A stretch of 64,000 bases of DNA from an uncultured Thermoprotei archaeon (GCA_965367815.1 CBDUKN010000005.1:1-64000), one strand, 5' to 3'. Numbered from the stretch's first letter, positions 51,701 to 60,311 are shown. The notes: generated by a model not told the origin, from the letters alone. Made by a program: numbers and translations.

Positions 51701-51909
51701 TGCAGTACATCGCAGTAGGCTACGACTCGGGTCTAGCTGGAGTAATTTTGACTATTCTTTCATCTAAAGCAGGGAAGAAAATACTGCTCATAGAAGACAA
51801 GAGGAGCAAAACTAAGAAAGAAGAGAGGTCTTTTGCTAAGCTAGAGGTAACAGAAGTTTCTCCCAGTGAGTTAAAGAGAATATTTGGCTACAGAGAGTCA
51901 TTAGAATAA
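48748..51909 (+). CDS. MacB/FtsX-type permease paralogue without M28 domain, with C-terminal CARF-like Rossmann domain
   Basis: RRRKLRLTLT, DLDGG.I.P, YERKREISILASLG and VTPSLERRWK shared with 22603. The extra C-terminal ~140 aa begins RILVALGENP...EVIVLTT. Confidence 0.75.
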   Translation: MRNKAAIVIIVWLVLLPVFSKFIAHPSSSTIKITFIDEDSENPVVGVFLMKSGNKWLYVKTNNRGEIIVNKNSLIYGPRISPKPYFPIKIIALKNTTIKLKKAYFIVMKKYLALYNPYEKIEKISPIGAISFEVNNMRFGYKSDARYLGLNSSTVLVPVSGEIILIKTNNFILSINATQAKWGDYIELDLGKVSCKYNKIFLDNSIAKLKEQMSILERKGIYVGFCKTLFEQLIELKNKAEEFYKRGNWEEALVAYKKAFLIYGDIVNRINVLSTRSTLTVPTISLVLVFLSYFLASFITDKKFKKILLYSCIYFILLLIIFAVYPILLEGNPYLTISPLFIYLFSLIIFILSEKIPDHYIREGFSFAAATSASLSIVLRENRRRKLRLTLTLLTIALVAFAVHTLNTLTIIQWFYEKEVAYVSSAYNGSILVTKLKESVFPYYSLSIVFVRTISNIDSPQIICIKRESSPYSKEFKISYGEKEVYALGAISFTSEVKYFLPLKEAVIEGKIPSQESEVLLSQTMASALGAKCGDKVSINGIEATVVGIFDEDKLSEIRDLDGGKILPVMITREEGSWRLEVIPAKYTIICSELLGERLKLPRYKIYVKVLGNPEDYARKAAILTGSLVFINMGGKVKYYTVSTVIVVKGESLIIPIVIALLTVFVSIMENVYERKREISILASLGLNPSNIAYLFSLEGAVLGFVGSALGMFAGFIAFKAFSLAEVLVPVDFKLSPVELLFTVVAATLVSITASLPPALKASVMVTPSLERRWKLEEQKDFIERGLTQTLPIRIPANRVEDFVNYVVSKFRELSTGLLQKVDLISVEKIGEEYRILFKYYKGSDISYKSCFTENTLILYKISDNVYGAKATSKPVTQHSKLGLYYVHETLSFLRKIALEWSSRATRILVALGENPAVLYTIVKKYDPYEVIVLTTPERIETVSNAKKILVKEKIRVPAIRVYSLSSLSELFKLKEDLRILLSEVQYIAVGYDSGLAGVILTILSSKAGKKILLIEDKRSKTKKEERSFAKLEVTEVSPSELKRIFGYRESLE

Positions 51910-51945
51910 TTTAAATAAATAGTGTAAATTGAAATATATGACAGT

Positions 51946-52266
51946 ATGAGTAAAAACATAACCTACATGAAGTTCAAGTCGCTCGAAGACTTAGTAAGAC
52001 TGATAGTGACAAGCCAAAGACCACTACTTTTTCACAGCACTTACGGAGAAAATAAACACGTTTACTATATCTATGGTACTGCTGGCCAAAAACTTATAGT
52101 ATACTATGTTATCTTAGATAAGCCTATAAACAAGAAATATATTCATTACAATGTTTTAGAAGGAAGAATATCGTATGGTAATGAAGTAAACAGAGATACC
52201 CGTTTCGTGAATATACCAGTAATTGAAGTGGATGAAGAAAATATAACTAGAGAATTAATTGAATGA
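51946..52266 (+). CDS. Conserved crenarchaeal-type hypothetical protein
   Basis: 106 aa, K..SLEDL.R ... IP.IEV pattern; own AT-rich promoter region. Confidence 0.6.
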   Translation: MSKNITYMKFKSLEDLVRLIVTSQRPLLFHSTYGENKHVYYIYGTAGQKLIVYYVILDKPINKKYIHYNVLEGRISYGNEVNRDTRFVNIPVIEVDEENITRELIE

Positions 52267-52277
52267 ATGTTAAAATA

Positions 52278-52328
52278 ATGATGAATATGCAGCCCTCTGA
52301 TCTTGATGAAGAGGTTACTAGGGTCTGA
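52278..52328 (+). ncRNA. Box C/D guide sRNA, probably targeting 16S rRNA
   Basis: Canonical boxes: C ATGATGA 52278, D' CTGA 52297, C' TTGATGA 52303, D CTGA 52325. Guides TGCAGCCCT and GGTTACTAGGG are complementary to recalled archaeal 16S segments AGGGCUGCA and CCCUAGUAACC. Confidence 0.9.
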
Positions 52329-52696
52329 TAAACTTTATTGTTATTGATTAGTATACTATGCTTTTAAAATTATGTAATTATTTCTTAAAGTTAAATATGT
52401 GTTACTGTATAGTTCACTATTTATTACTTTTTTAAAAAGATTCTTTTCTATTCCTACTAGCTTCTAGTTTTGTCTAGATCTTTGCCGAAACTCTCACTAT
52501 TTTGCTCTTTCAATCTCGTAAATGCTCTTGCACGGTATTCTCTAAGAATTCTAGCACTCGCAATCCTTAAGTGTATTATACTGTTCATGAGGTTCTTCAA
52601 AAATGACGGGGATTTAAGTCTGAACTTATATTATTTTCGCGCCGAGCTAGCATTTAAGCTCTAAAGGCTTAAATTTCTTCTAAAAGAATTATTTTT

Positions 52697-53746
52697 GTGA
52701 AGCCTCTTAAACTAGGTCTCGTTGGAGCCGGTGTAGGAGCAGACTTTGTTGCTAGGGCAGTTTCCGTAATAAAAGAAGAAAATGTAGTAGAGCTAATAGC
52801 CGTAGCGAGCGCTCGTCCTGAAAGAGCTAAAGCTTTTGCCGAAAAACATGGTATTTCACAGTGGTACTCAGACTACAAGGAAATGTTTAGGAAGGCAGGT
52901 ATAGAGGCTGTAGCAATATGTACTCCACACTACCTGCACTTCCCTATTGCCATAGATGCTATTGACGAGGGGCTACATGTTCTTGTAGATAAACCTATGG
53001 CTATAAGCATTAGAGAAGCCGATGAAATGATAAGAAGAGCCGAAAAGAAGGGAGTTAAGCTAGGAGTAATTCTTCAGAGTAGATTTGACCCTAAGTTCAG
53101 AAAAATGAAGAAATTGATAGATGCAGGAGAGCTCGGCAAGATAATATTAGGGGAAGCTGTAGTTAAGTGGCATAGAACTCAAGAATACTATGATAAAAGT
53201 CGCTGGAGAGGAAGATGGGCTACTGAAGGAGGAGGAGCTTTAATAAACCAAGCAATACACACTATAGATCTTCTAGTATGGATGCTAGGCGAGCCAGATT
53301 ATCTCTGGGCTCAAATAGACACAGTGGCACATAACATTGAAGTAGAAGATCTTGCTGCAGCAGTAATAAGATTCAAGAACGGAGCTATAGGAGTAATTGA
53401 AGGAAGCACTGCAACATATCCAGGCTTCCCGACGAGACTTGAAATTCACGGCACTGAAGGAGCTATACTGATTGAAGGAGAAACAGTGAAGTTTGCTGAA
53501 GCAGAAGGCAAGAAACTCAAAATAGAGGAAGAAAAGACAGGTAAGTTAGCCTCCTGGGCCCGGCCAGAGCTAGTTCCACCCGAGAATCATGCTAGACTTA
53601 TTAAAGACTTTGCTCAGGCAGTAAGAGAAGATAGAAAACCCTATGTAGACGGATACGAGGGCAAGCGTTCTATTGAAGTAATACTAGCAATATATGCTTC
53701 AGGCAAGAAAAATGAAGTAGTTAAGTTCCCCTACAAAGATTATTAA
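52697..53746 (+). CDS. Gfo/Idh/MocA NAD(P)-dependent oxidoreductase
   Basis: G.VGAG, CTPH..H, VDKPMA, WRG....GGGALINQAIHTID. Confidence 0.9.
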   Translation: MKPLKLGLVGAGVGADFVARAVSVIKEENVVELIAVASARPERAKAFAEKHGISQWYSDYKEMFRKAGIEAVAICTPHYLHFPIAIDAIDEGLHVLVDKPMAISIREADEMIRRAEKKGVKLGVILQSRFDPKFRKMKKLIDAGELGKIILGEAVVKWHRTQEYYDKSRWRGRWATEGGGALINQAIHTIDLLVWMLGEPDYLWAQIDTVAHNIEVEDLAAAVIRFKNGAIGVIEGSTATYPGFPTRLEIHGTEGAILIEGETVKFAEAEGKKLKIEEEKTGKLASWARPELVPPENHARLIKDFAQAVREDRKPYVDGYEGKRSIEVILAIYASGKKNEVVKFPYKDY

Positions 53747-53780
53747 AAATAAATAATTTTTAATTTGAATTAATTGTTTT

Positions 53781-54203
53781 TTACGGTGGAAGATATTCTC
53801 TGCAGTTATAGCAGTACCAGCGCTTGTACTGCTCTATCCAAGTAGCTGGTTTACCGCACTTAGGACATATGCGCTCTTCTTTCTTCTTAAAGAAGGGTAG
53901 CGATATTTTGCCTTTTCCCTCAACCGTGGGTGTGGGAGCTGGTGCAACAGGAGCAGCTGGCGGAGTAGGTGGTGACGGTATTTCTACTTTTTCTTTAAGA
54001 ATAATTATGTCTCCTACTTTCTCAACGGTTTTCCAGGGAACTTCTATTGTGGCGCCTGTTTTAGCCTGAATAATAAGTGTAAATTCAGCTGTTTCTCCCG
54101 GCACAAGTCCTACATCTTTTACAGTGCCTACGTAGTAAGCTTCAGGGTCATACACTTGCATGCCTATAATCTTAGATCTTGGAATGCTTTTCTTTTCACT
54201 CAT
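53781..54203 (-). CDS. PRC-barrel protein with Pro-rich linker and C-terminal zinc ribbon
   Basis: IIGMQVYD....VG.V.D ... VPW..V..VGDIIIL PRC barrel; PSPPTPPAAPVAPAP; CPKCG...WIEQYKRWYCYNC. Confidence 0.8.
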   Translation of the reverse strand: MSEKKSIPRSKIIGMQVYDPEAYYVGTVKDVGLVPGETAEFTLIIQAKTGATIEVPWKTVEKVGDIIILKEKVEIPSPPTPPAAPVAPAPTPTVEGKGKISLPFFKKKEERICPKCGKPATWIEQYKRWYCYNCREYLPP

Positions 54204-54260
54204 ACTCTCGTATATTTTTAGAAGCGTAGAATTTAAACTTATTGAGTTCTAAGTATACTA

Positions 54261-54863
54261 GTGATAAGTTCTAGAGAATGGTTCAAACGCAAAAGAAATC
54301 GCTTAAAGAGAATAGAGAGAGATAAAAGAATAGGATATTTTGACGAAAAAATAGATGAACTTGTAAACCATATAAACAGGCTGCCAGACTATAGTACGAC
54401 GAGTAGCTGTAGTGGGAGAATAATTTTCTACGACTCAGATGCGCCTTGGGGCTTTGACCACGGAGATGTTTTAGCTAAGACTCACGACCTTGTAGCAGAA
54501 GAATATCTTAGACAAATTTTACAAAAAGAGGCAAAAAGAATTCTTTGGGCTTCTGCCCAAGGGCCTATAGTGCATGTAGCTTGTAGAGATATTTCATCAG
54601 CTAACTGGTTAAATAAAATGGCTAGGAGAGTAGGATTTAAGCATGGAGGAGTTATTTCTTTAGAAGAAGAAGTAGTTGTTGAGCTGAGGGCAGTAGATAG
54701 AGTCGACATACCCCTGAAGCGCGGAGATATAGTCATAGTAAATGACCTAAAGATAGTGGCTGAGATTTTGAACAGTGTCTTAATTAAAGGATGGAATATA
54801 ATGAGTAGATTCTGCGATATTTTAGCAAAAATAGACGAATACGAATATCTGAGGGAAAAATAG
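54261..54863 (+). CDS. taw3: tRNA wyosine methyltransferase Taw3/TYW3
   Basis: D..I..L...IN, TTSSCSGRI, KTH, I.HVAC, GFK..G. Confidence 0.9.
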   Translation: MISSREWFKRKRNRLKRIERDKRIGYFDEKIDELVNHINRLPDYSTTSSCSGRIIFYDSDAPWGFDHGDVLAKTHDLVAEEYLRQILQKEAKRILWASAQGPIVHVACRDISSANWLNKMARRVGFKHGGVISLEEEVVVELRAVDRVDIPLKRGDIVIVNDLKIVAEILNSVLIKGWNIMSRFCDILAKIDEYEYLREK

Positions 54864-56219
54864 TTAAGAACTTTTCTCGATTACTCTATTAGCATAATTC
54901 AACGCTCTATCAATTAATCTTGAATATTCTCCGAGAAAGTTCTCTGGTTTTAAAGCCTCCTCAATTTCGTTTGGCGATAGATATTTTCTTATAAAGTTGT
55001 CTGTCATCAACACTTCTTTGAAACTTTTCTTTTCTAGTAATGATTTTTCTACAAGTTTTTTCACTCGATAGTAAGCTTCTCTTCTACTGACACCTTTCGA
55101 AAATAACTTCATGACTATAGCCTCTGACATAGCTCTGCCTTGAGTTAGCTCCAGGTTTCTTTTAATGTTTTCTGGAAATACTACAAGAGTTTCAATAACT
55201 TCAATCATAGTTCTAAGCATTTCATCCAAAATAATGAGTGCAAGAGGTATAGTGAATCTCTCGCTAGATGAGTTTGTTAAGTCTCTTTCATGCCACAGAG
55301 GAATATTTTCTAACGCTGGTACAACAAGTCCTCTCATCACTTTAGCTAATCCTGATACTTTTTCTGATTTAATTGGATTGGCTTTATGTGGCATAGAGCT
55401 GCTACCTACTTGAACTCCATACTTAAATCCTTCTGCTAATTCCATTATTTCTGTTCGCTGAAGATTTCTTATTTCAGTGGCTATTTTATCTAGGCTGGAC
55501 GCTAGTAGAGAACACCACAAAATAAGCTCAGCGTACCTATCTCTGTCAAGAACTTGTGTGTATATTTCAGCTGGAGGCAGACCTACGTATTCTGAGAACT
55601 TTTTCTCAACTAAAAATCCTTTATCTCCGTATGCAGCCATAGTTCCTACAGGGCCTCCTAATTTGCATACAAGGACTCTTTTCTTTGACTCTTGGAGTCT
55701 CTCGAGATTTCTAGCCATCTCACATGCATAGACAGCGAACTTAAAACCGAGAGTTACTGGTGATGCATGCTGGCCGTGAGTTCTACCGACCATTACTAGG
55801 TCTCTGTACTTCTTTGCTTTGTCGCGCAAAAGAGTGATTAGTTTTACAAGTTTCTTTTCGATAATATTCAAGGCATCTTTCAGCTGGAGACTTGTAGCGG
55901 TGTCGAGTATATCGTTGCTAGTAGCACCTACGTGTATATACTTTGCGTAGTCTCCGCATGCTTCACATAAAGCTTCAACAACTGCCATTAGCTCGTGCCC
56001 AATTTTTTTCTCTATTTCTTTCACTCGGCTAAGCTTTACTTTGTTCAAGTTCTCTTCGATCTTGCCGGGAACATTTTCTGGAATAAAACCTGTATCAGTT
56101 AAAGCTTTAACTAAAGCTAGCTCCACGCGCAGTAAATATTTTAGCCTGGTTTTTTCCTCAAAAATTTCTTTTATCTCAGGACTACCGTATCTGGATGTGT
56201 CTATAGGACATATAGGCAC
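54864..56219 (-). CDS. purB: Adenylosuccinate lyase
   Basis: H.GATSNDI, GRTHGQHA, GSSSMPHKANP, HERDL.NS..ER. Confidence 0.96.
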   Translation of the reverse strand: MPICPIDTSRYGSPEIKEIFEEKTRLKYLLRVELALVKALTDTGFIPENVPGKIEENLNKVKLSRVKEIEKKIGHELMAVVEALCEACGDYAKYIHVGATSNDILDTATSLQLKDALNIIEKKLVKLITLLRDKAKKYRDLVMVGRTHGQHASPVTLGFKFAVYACEMARNLERLQESKKRVLVCKLGGPVGTMAAYGDKGFLVEKKFSEYVGLPPAEIYTQVLDRDRYAELILWCSLLASSLDKIATEIRNLQRTEIMELAEGFKYGVQVGSSSMPHKANPIKSEKVSGLAKVMRGLVVPALENIPLWHERDLTNSSSERFTIPLALIILDEMLRTMIEVIETLVVFPENIKRNLELTQGRAMSEAIVMKLFSKGVSRREAYYRVKKLVEKSLLEKKSFKEVLMTDNFIRKYLSPNEIEEALKPENFLGEYSRLIDRALNYANRVIEKSS

Positions 56220-56487
56220 GAACTACATAGAGTTTAAGCAATATAAGGTATTTTCCCTCTGACATGAGGTAATAAAAGCAATATAGCTATCTTTTCTTGT
56301 GGCATTAAATTCTCAGTTCTGCATTTATTGAGAAAGAACATGATAGGATGAGAGCTAGTTCTCTCAGAATCTGCTAATTAATAGCATATATTCGATAATA
56401 AAGCACAGAAACTTAACAATCTTTTATTCATCGGATTCTCGTGAAAAATCGTGTGGAAAACCATATTTTTCATTGTGAAATCGAATA

Positions 56488-57810
56488 GTGGGAATGAGAG
56501 TTAGTGTACTAGGCGGGAGCGAGGCCGGAGCAACATCTATTTTAGTAGAAGATAATAGAGGAAGAGCTATTTTAGTAGATTTTGGCTTGAAGGTATTTGA
56601 AGACGACGAAATTGTTCCAAAGAAGTTTCCCGTAGAGTTAAAAAATCTAGTCAATAGAATTGAAGCAGTATTCATTACTCATGCACATTTAGACCATGTG
56701 GGGGCTCTCCCCTACTTGCTTAAATGGGGATACTCGGGACCAATATATTCTACAGAGCCTACAAGACCTTTAGTAAAAAGAGTCTTACTTAATAGTGTTA
56801 AAGTGCTTGGAGAAAACTCAGCTTATAGCGTAAAAGATGTTCTAGAAACTAGGAAAGGAATGAAAGCACTGAAGTTTTTTGAAGAAATTAATGTAGGAGA
56901 TTTTACAGTAAGCTTCTATAGCTCAGAACATATAATCGGCTCAGCAATGGTACTTATACGAGGAGAGAAAACGATTCTGATAACTAGCGACTTTAAGTGG
57001 GAAAAAAGTATGCTCCACTACGGTGTTCAAAGCAAAATAGCTGGGTCTTTGCTTTACGAAGAATTCGAGAGATGCGATTTAATGATAATGGAGTCTAGCT
57101 ACGGCAATAGGGAAGTAGTAAATTTTAAAGATCTTTTAAAGATTTTATCAAATAAAATAAATAAAACTGTAAAAAGAAAAGGTAAAGTACTAATAGTTAC
57201 AGGTGCAATAAACAAGCCGGGGGAAATAGCACTTATGATAGATAAATGCAAAAAAGAGGGGTTAATTCCCTGGAATTTAGAAGTATACATAGACGGTCTT
57301 GCAGCAAAACTCTATGATACACTGATAACTTTTAGAAAATTTACTAGAGTGAAAAACGCTAGGGTGCTTTCTAAGGCAGTAAAGAAAGTCGATTCTATTA
57401 CAAGAGAAAAATTAGTTGAAGAAAATGAGCCATGCGTAATAATTTCTAGTGGAGAGTACTTAAGCGGTATTACGAGTCTCTTTTACTTTAAGAAAATAGC
57501 ACCTTCAGAGAAAAATGCCGTAATTTTTGCTACAACAAATATTCCCGAAGGAACACTGGCATACAATGTAGTGCGAGGAGAGCGATTACTGGAGATGGGT
57601 GGCAGTAAAGTAGAAGTTAAAGCAGAAGTAAGTATATTGCCGCTATCACTTCATAGTGACAAAAGAGGACTACTTCAATTTGCTAGACTAGTAAAGCCTA
57701 AAAGAATACTCCTTATTCACGGAAGCAGAGAATCAAAAGAAGCTTTGGCTAAGCACCTACACGCATACAATCCAATAATTTCGTCTGAAAATATGAGGCT
57801 GAAACTATGA
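56488..57810 (+). CDS. MBL-fold beta-CASP ribonuclease (divergent aCPSF-like, no KH domains)
   Basis: LGG..E.G, DFG, THAHLDH, HIIGS, SDF, MESSYG, SLHSD, LIHG. Confidence 0.85.
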   Translation: MGMRVSVLGGSEAGATSILVEDNRGRAILVDFGLKVFEDDEIVPKKFPVELKNLVNRIEAVFITHAHLDHVGALPYLLKWGYSGPIYSTEPTRPLVKRVLLNSVKVLGENSAYSVKDVLETRKGMKALKFFEEINVGDFTVSFYSSEHIIGSAMVLIRGEKTILITSDFKWEKSMLHYGVQSKIAGSLLYEEFERCDLMIMESSYGNREVVNFKDLLKILSNKINKTVKRKGKVLIVTGAINKPGEIALMIDKCKKEGLIPWNLEVYIDGLAAKLYDTLITFRKFTRVKNARVLSKAVKKVDSITREKLVEENEPCVIISSGEYLSGITSLFYFKKIAPSEKNAVIFATTNIPEGTLAYNVVRGERLLEMGGSKVEVKAEVSILPLSLHSDKRGLLQFARLVKPKRILLIHGSRESKEALAKHLHAYNPIISSENMRLKL

Positions 57811-58373
57811 ATATGATTATTGACCCTTATTCTTTATCACTTCTTGAGAGAAAATTCCGAATTACAACAAAAAGGAGCAAATCTCCTAGAATAAGCGGAA
57901 ATAAATACTTTATAGAGAATTCTAGCTCAGCTGACGCGCTTAGGGAAGCAATACTAAACGACAGTAAAGTGGCATGTATTACTTTAAGTATTAGGAAAGA
58001 CAAAGTTAAAGTAAAACTCAAAACAATTGAAGGAGAGCTAGTAGTTATTCCAGGAGACCTTTCAGTATACGAAGTAAATACAATATTGTCGATGTGTAAA
58101 CTGCCGTTGAGACTTCATAGAAGACCAGGGCCTCTTTTAACTAGAGTTATTAAAGGAATATCGTATGATGTGTTCTACTTAAGTAAAATTAAGCCGAGTA
58201 TAATTAAATTAATAGCGAAGTGGGCTGAATCACATCCCGGTCACCGGGTAAGAGTATACTGTCCTTCAAGAAAATATGTCAGAATCATGAAATATGTTTT
58301 CAGCAACAGAAGGAACATTAAAGTGATTTTAGCTAGAAGGAGGCGCTATAGAGGCAGATTTAAAGGCAGGTGA
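57807..58373 (+). CDS. Hypothetical highly basic protein coupled to the beta-CASP gene
   Basis: ATGA overlap with the upstream stop; Lys/Arg-rich, ending RRRRYRGRFKGR. Confidence 0.55.
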   Translation: MNMIIDPYSLSLLERKFRITTKRSKSPRISGNKYFIENSSSADALREAILNDSKVACITLSIRKDKVKVKLKTIEGELVVIPGDLSVYEVNTILSMCKLPLRLHRRPGPLLTRVIKGISYDVFYLSKIKPSIIKLIAKWAESHPGHRVRVYCPSRKYVRIMKYVFSNRRNIKVILARRRRYRGRFKGR

Positions 58374-59053
58374 GGCTTTTCTAAAAATACTTCTCCTTTA
58401 CTATTCATAACTATATTAAAGGCGTATGCTTCAACACCTCTACTTAAGGCTTCTCTAAGTAGCTTTGCGTACTCTGGAGAAATGTCTGCATGCGGAGAAA
58501 ATGCTTTTACTCCTGGATATGATGCTACAAAAACAATGATACTTCTGTAACCTAGTTCTTTCAACTTAATTAGAGTTTTTAAATGTCTTATTCCACGAGG
58601 AGAAGGAGCATCAGGGTACATCGCATAAATGCCGCTGGAGTGTACGGCGCTTTTAATTTCTAGAAAACCTATTTTGTCACTTGATTTAATTAAGTAATCT
58701 AGAACAGAGTCATATGCCCTAGGATTTCTTTTTTCTATAGACCAGTCTTTAATCCAAGGGAATATGTCTGACTTAGCTAAGGTTTCAAATACCTTCATGT
58801 GGTAATTTGTGTCGAGAATAGAGCATAAGTTTCCTTTAATTTCGACGCCGAGCAATACATATTCTGTCTTACCATGAGATTTCGGTATACAAATTGCTTT
58901 AGAATTTCTTTTAATTAGGTTGATTAATCTACCGGTATTTCTTAAAAGAGCCCTGTATATCCTATTTTCTACTTCAATCAGTACTGTGAAGAGAGTTTCA
59001 CGCCTAATGATTTTACATTCAACTACTTTCGGTACTTGAATTATTTTTAACAT
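58346..59053 (-). CDS. sfsA: SfsA family DNA/RNA nuclease
   Basis: NTGRL, DY, EIKS, YPDAPS.RG.RHL..L, GVE..A. Confidence 0.9.
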   Translation of the reverse strand: MLKIIQVPKVVECKIIRRETLFTVLIEVENRIYRALLRNTGRLINLIKRNSKAICIPKSHGKTEYVLLGVEIKGNLCSILDTNYHMKVFETLAKSDIFPWIKDWSIEKRNPRAYDSVLDYLIKSSDKIGFLEIKSAVHSSGIYAMYPDAPSPRGIRHLKTLIKLKELGYRSIIVFVASYPGVKAFSPHADISPEYAKLLREALSRGVEAYAFNIVMNSKGEVFLEKPHLPLNLPL

Positions 59054-59675
59054 TACCTTCTCTGTTAGCGGTACATATATTTAAGTATTCGCAGTAACTA
59101 CATAGCTTAGATTCTTCGGGCTCTGGAATACATCCTTTACATAAGGCTTCTGAAAACATTTTTACTCTCTTCAAGAGTTTCTCTATTTCTTCTTCATTTC
59201 TATTTACTTCGAAGACTTTTACTTTACCATTACTTCTACTCACGTAGACTATGTAGGCTTTAGGTTTATCGAAAAGCCACATATATAGCTGTGACTGCGC
59301 TACATGAGAGTCATAAGGTTTATGAGGTATTTTGGCTACTGTCTTAAACTCTATTATAGCGTCTTCAAGTAGTCTATCAACTCTTCCTCGTATTTTTACT
59401 CCTTCGTATTCTTTTTCTTTAAGTTCTTCTCCAGCACCTAGTGGAAAACTTTCTTTAAGCAGGAAGTGTGCGCCGTCACCCATAACCATTAGTACTACTT
59501 TTTCATCACTCGGCGGCTCAGCTAAAGTACGCTGATACCAGCTTTTGCGCAGACATTGAGTGATTTCAGTTACGTAGACTATATTGCTTGGCGGAGGAAA
59601 GCCTCCTCTATCTTCTTCCCATGCTCTCCGAAAAGAAGTGTAAACAATTTTCTCTAAGAGCTCACTACTTGCCAC
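59019..59675 (-). CDS. Stand-alone Cas4-like PD-(D/E)xK nuclease with 4Fe-4S cysteines
   Basis: CLRKSW, G..H, GRVD, IEFKT, Q...Y, CSYCEY..IC. Confidence 0.85.
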   Translation of the reverse strand: MASSELLEKIVYTSFRRAWEEDRGGFPPPSNIVYVTEITQCLRKSWYQRTLAEPPSDEKVVLMVMGDGAHFLLKESFPLGAGEELKEKEYEGVKIRGRVDRLLEDAIIEFKTVAKIPHKPYDSHVAQSQLYMWLFDKPKAYIVYVSRSNGKVKVFEVNRNEEEIEKLLKRVKMFSEALCKGCIPEPEESKLCSYCEYLNICTANREGNVKNNSSTESS

Positions 59676-59735
59676 AGAATATTTTCTACTGAGATGATAT
59701 TAGTGTTTTTATAAAGATTAATGAAACTATTTATT

Positions 59736-60311
59736 TCACACAGATATTGACTCAAATCCTTTTTCAAATGCTAGTAAATTTAAGTCTATGTATTTTTTCT
59801 TAATATTTCGGCGTAAAGACTCTATGAGATCTTCTTTGCTTAAAGGAAATACCTTTAGCCTAGCGACGGCGCCTAGTATAACTGTATTTGCTATGAGTCT
59901 TGATCCTAGAGAATCAGCTATCTGGTTAGCTGGTACTACATAAATGTTCTTAGAGACTTTGTCTAAATACTTTAGAATGTAGTCTTTCGAAGGAACTTTT
60001 ACTCCTGGAATATTGGGTGGATATATCCAGTCGTTAACTACTATAGTTCCGTTCTTCTTAAGGAAGTAGAGGGATCTTAAGCACTCAAGCATTTCTAGCG
60101 AAATTACTGCGTCGGCCATGCCGTAGGAGGGCCTAGGGCAGTCGATATTACCGTATCTCACGTAAGTAACGACACTGCCTCCTCTCTGAGCCATACCATG
60201 TACTTCGGCAACTCTTACTCGAAGGCCTTTCTTTACTAAAGCGTCCCCTATGATTTTGGCTAAAGTGAGAATACCTTGACCACCTACACCTGCAATAATA
60301 ATAGTGCTCAT
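59736..60311 (-). CDS. iorB: Indolepyruvate:ferredoxin oxidoreductase beta subunit
   Basis: AGVGGQG, EVHGMAQRGGSV, N...LG, N..AF..G. Confidence 0.93.
   Translation of the reverse strand: MSTIIIAGVGGQGILTLAKIIGDALVKKGLRVRVAEVHGMAQRGGSVVTYVRYGNIDCPRPSYGMADAVISLEMLECLRSLYFLKKNGTIVVNDWIYPPNIPGVKVPSKDYILKYLDKVSKNIYVVPANQIADSLGSRLIANTVILGAVARLKVFPLSKEDLIESLRRNIKKKYIDLNLLAFEKGFESISV

Noticed and set aside
52470-52664. 64-aa ORF (and a 43-codon antisense ORF) in the AT-rich gap
   Set aside because: No recognisable motif, atypical composition, TTG start; probably non-coding, though not excluded.
56340-56372. Short inverted repeat GAGAG-CTAGTT-CTCTC and an ATGATAG box-C-like word
   Set aside because: Stem too short and no matching D box at a suitable spacing; no support for an ncRNA.
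59019-59675. CRISPR-Cas locus suggested by the Cas4-like gene
   Set aside because: No repeat-spacer array or other cas genes seen anywhere in the window.
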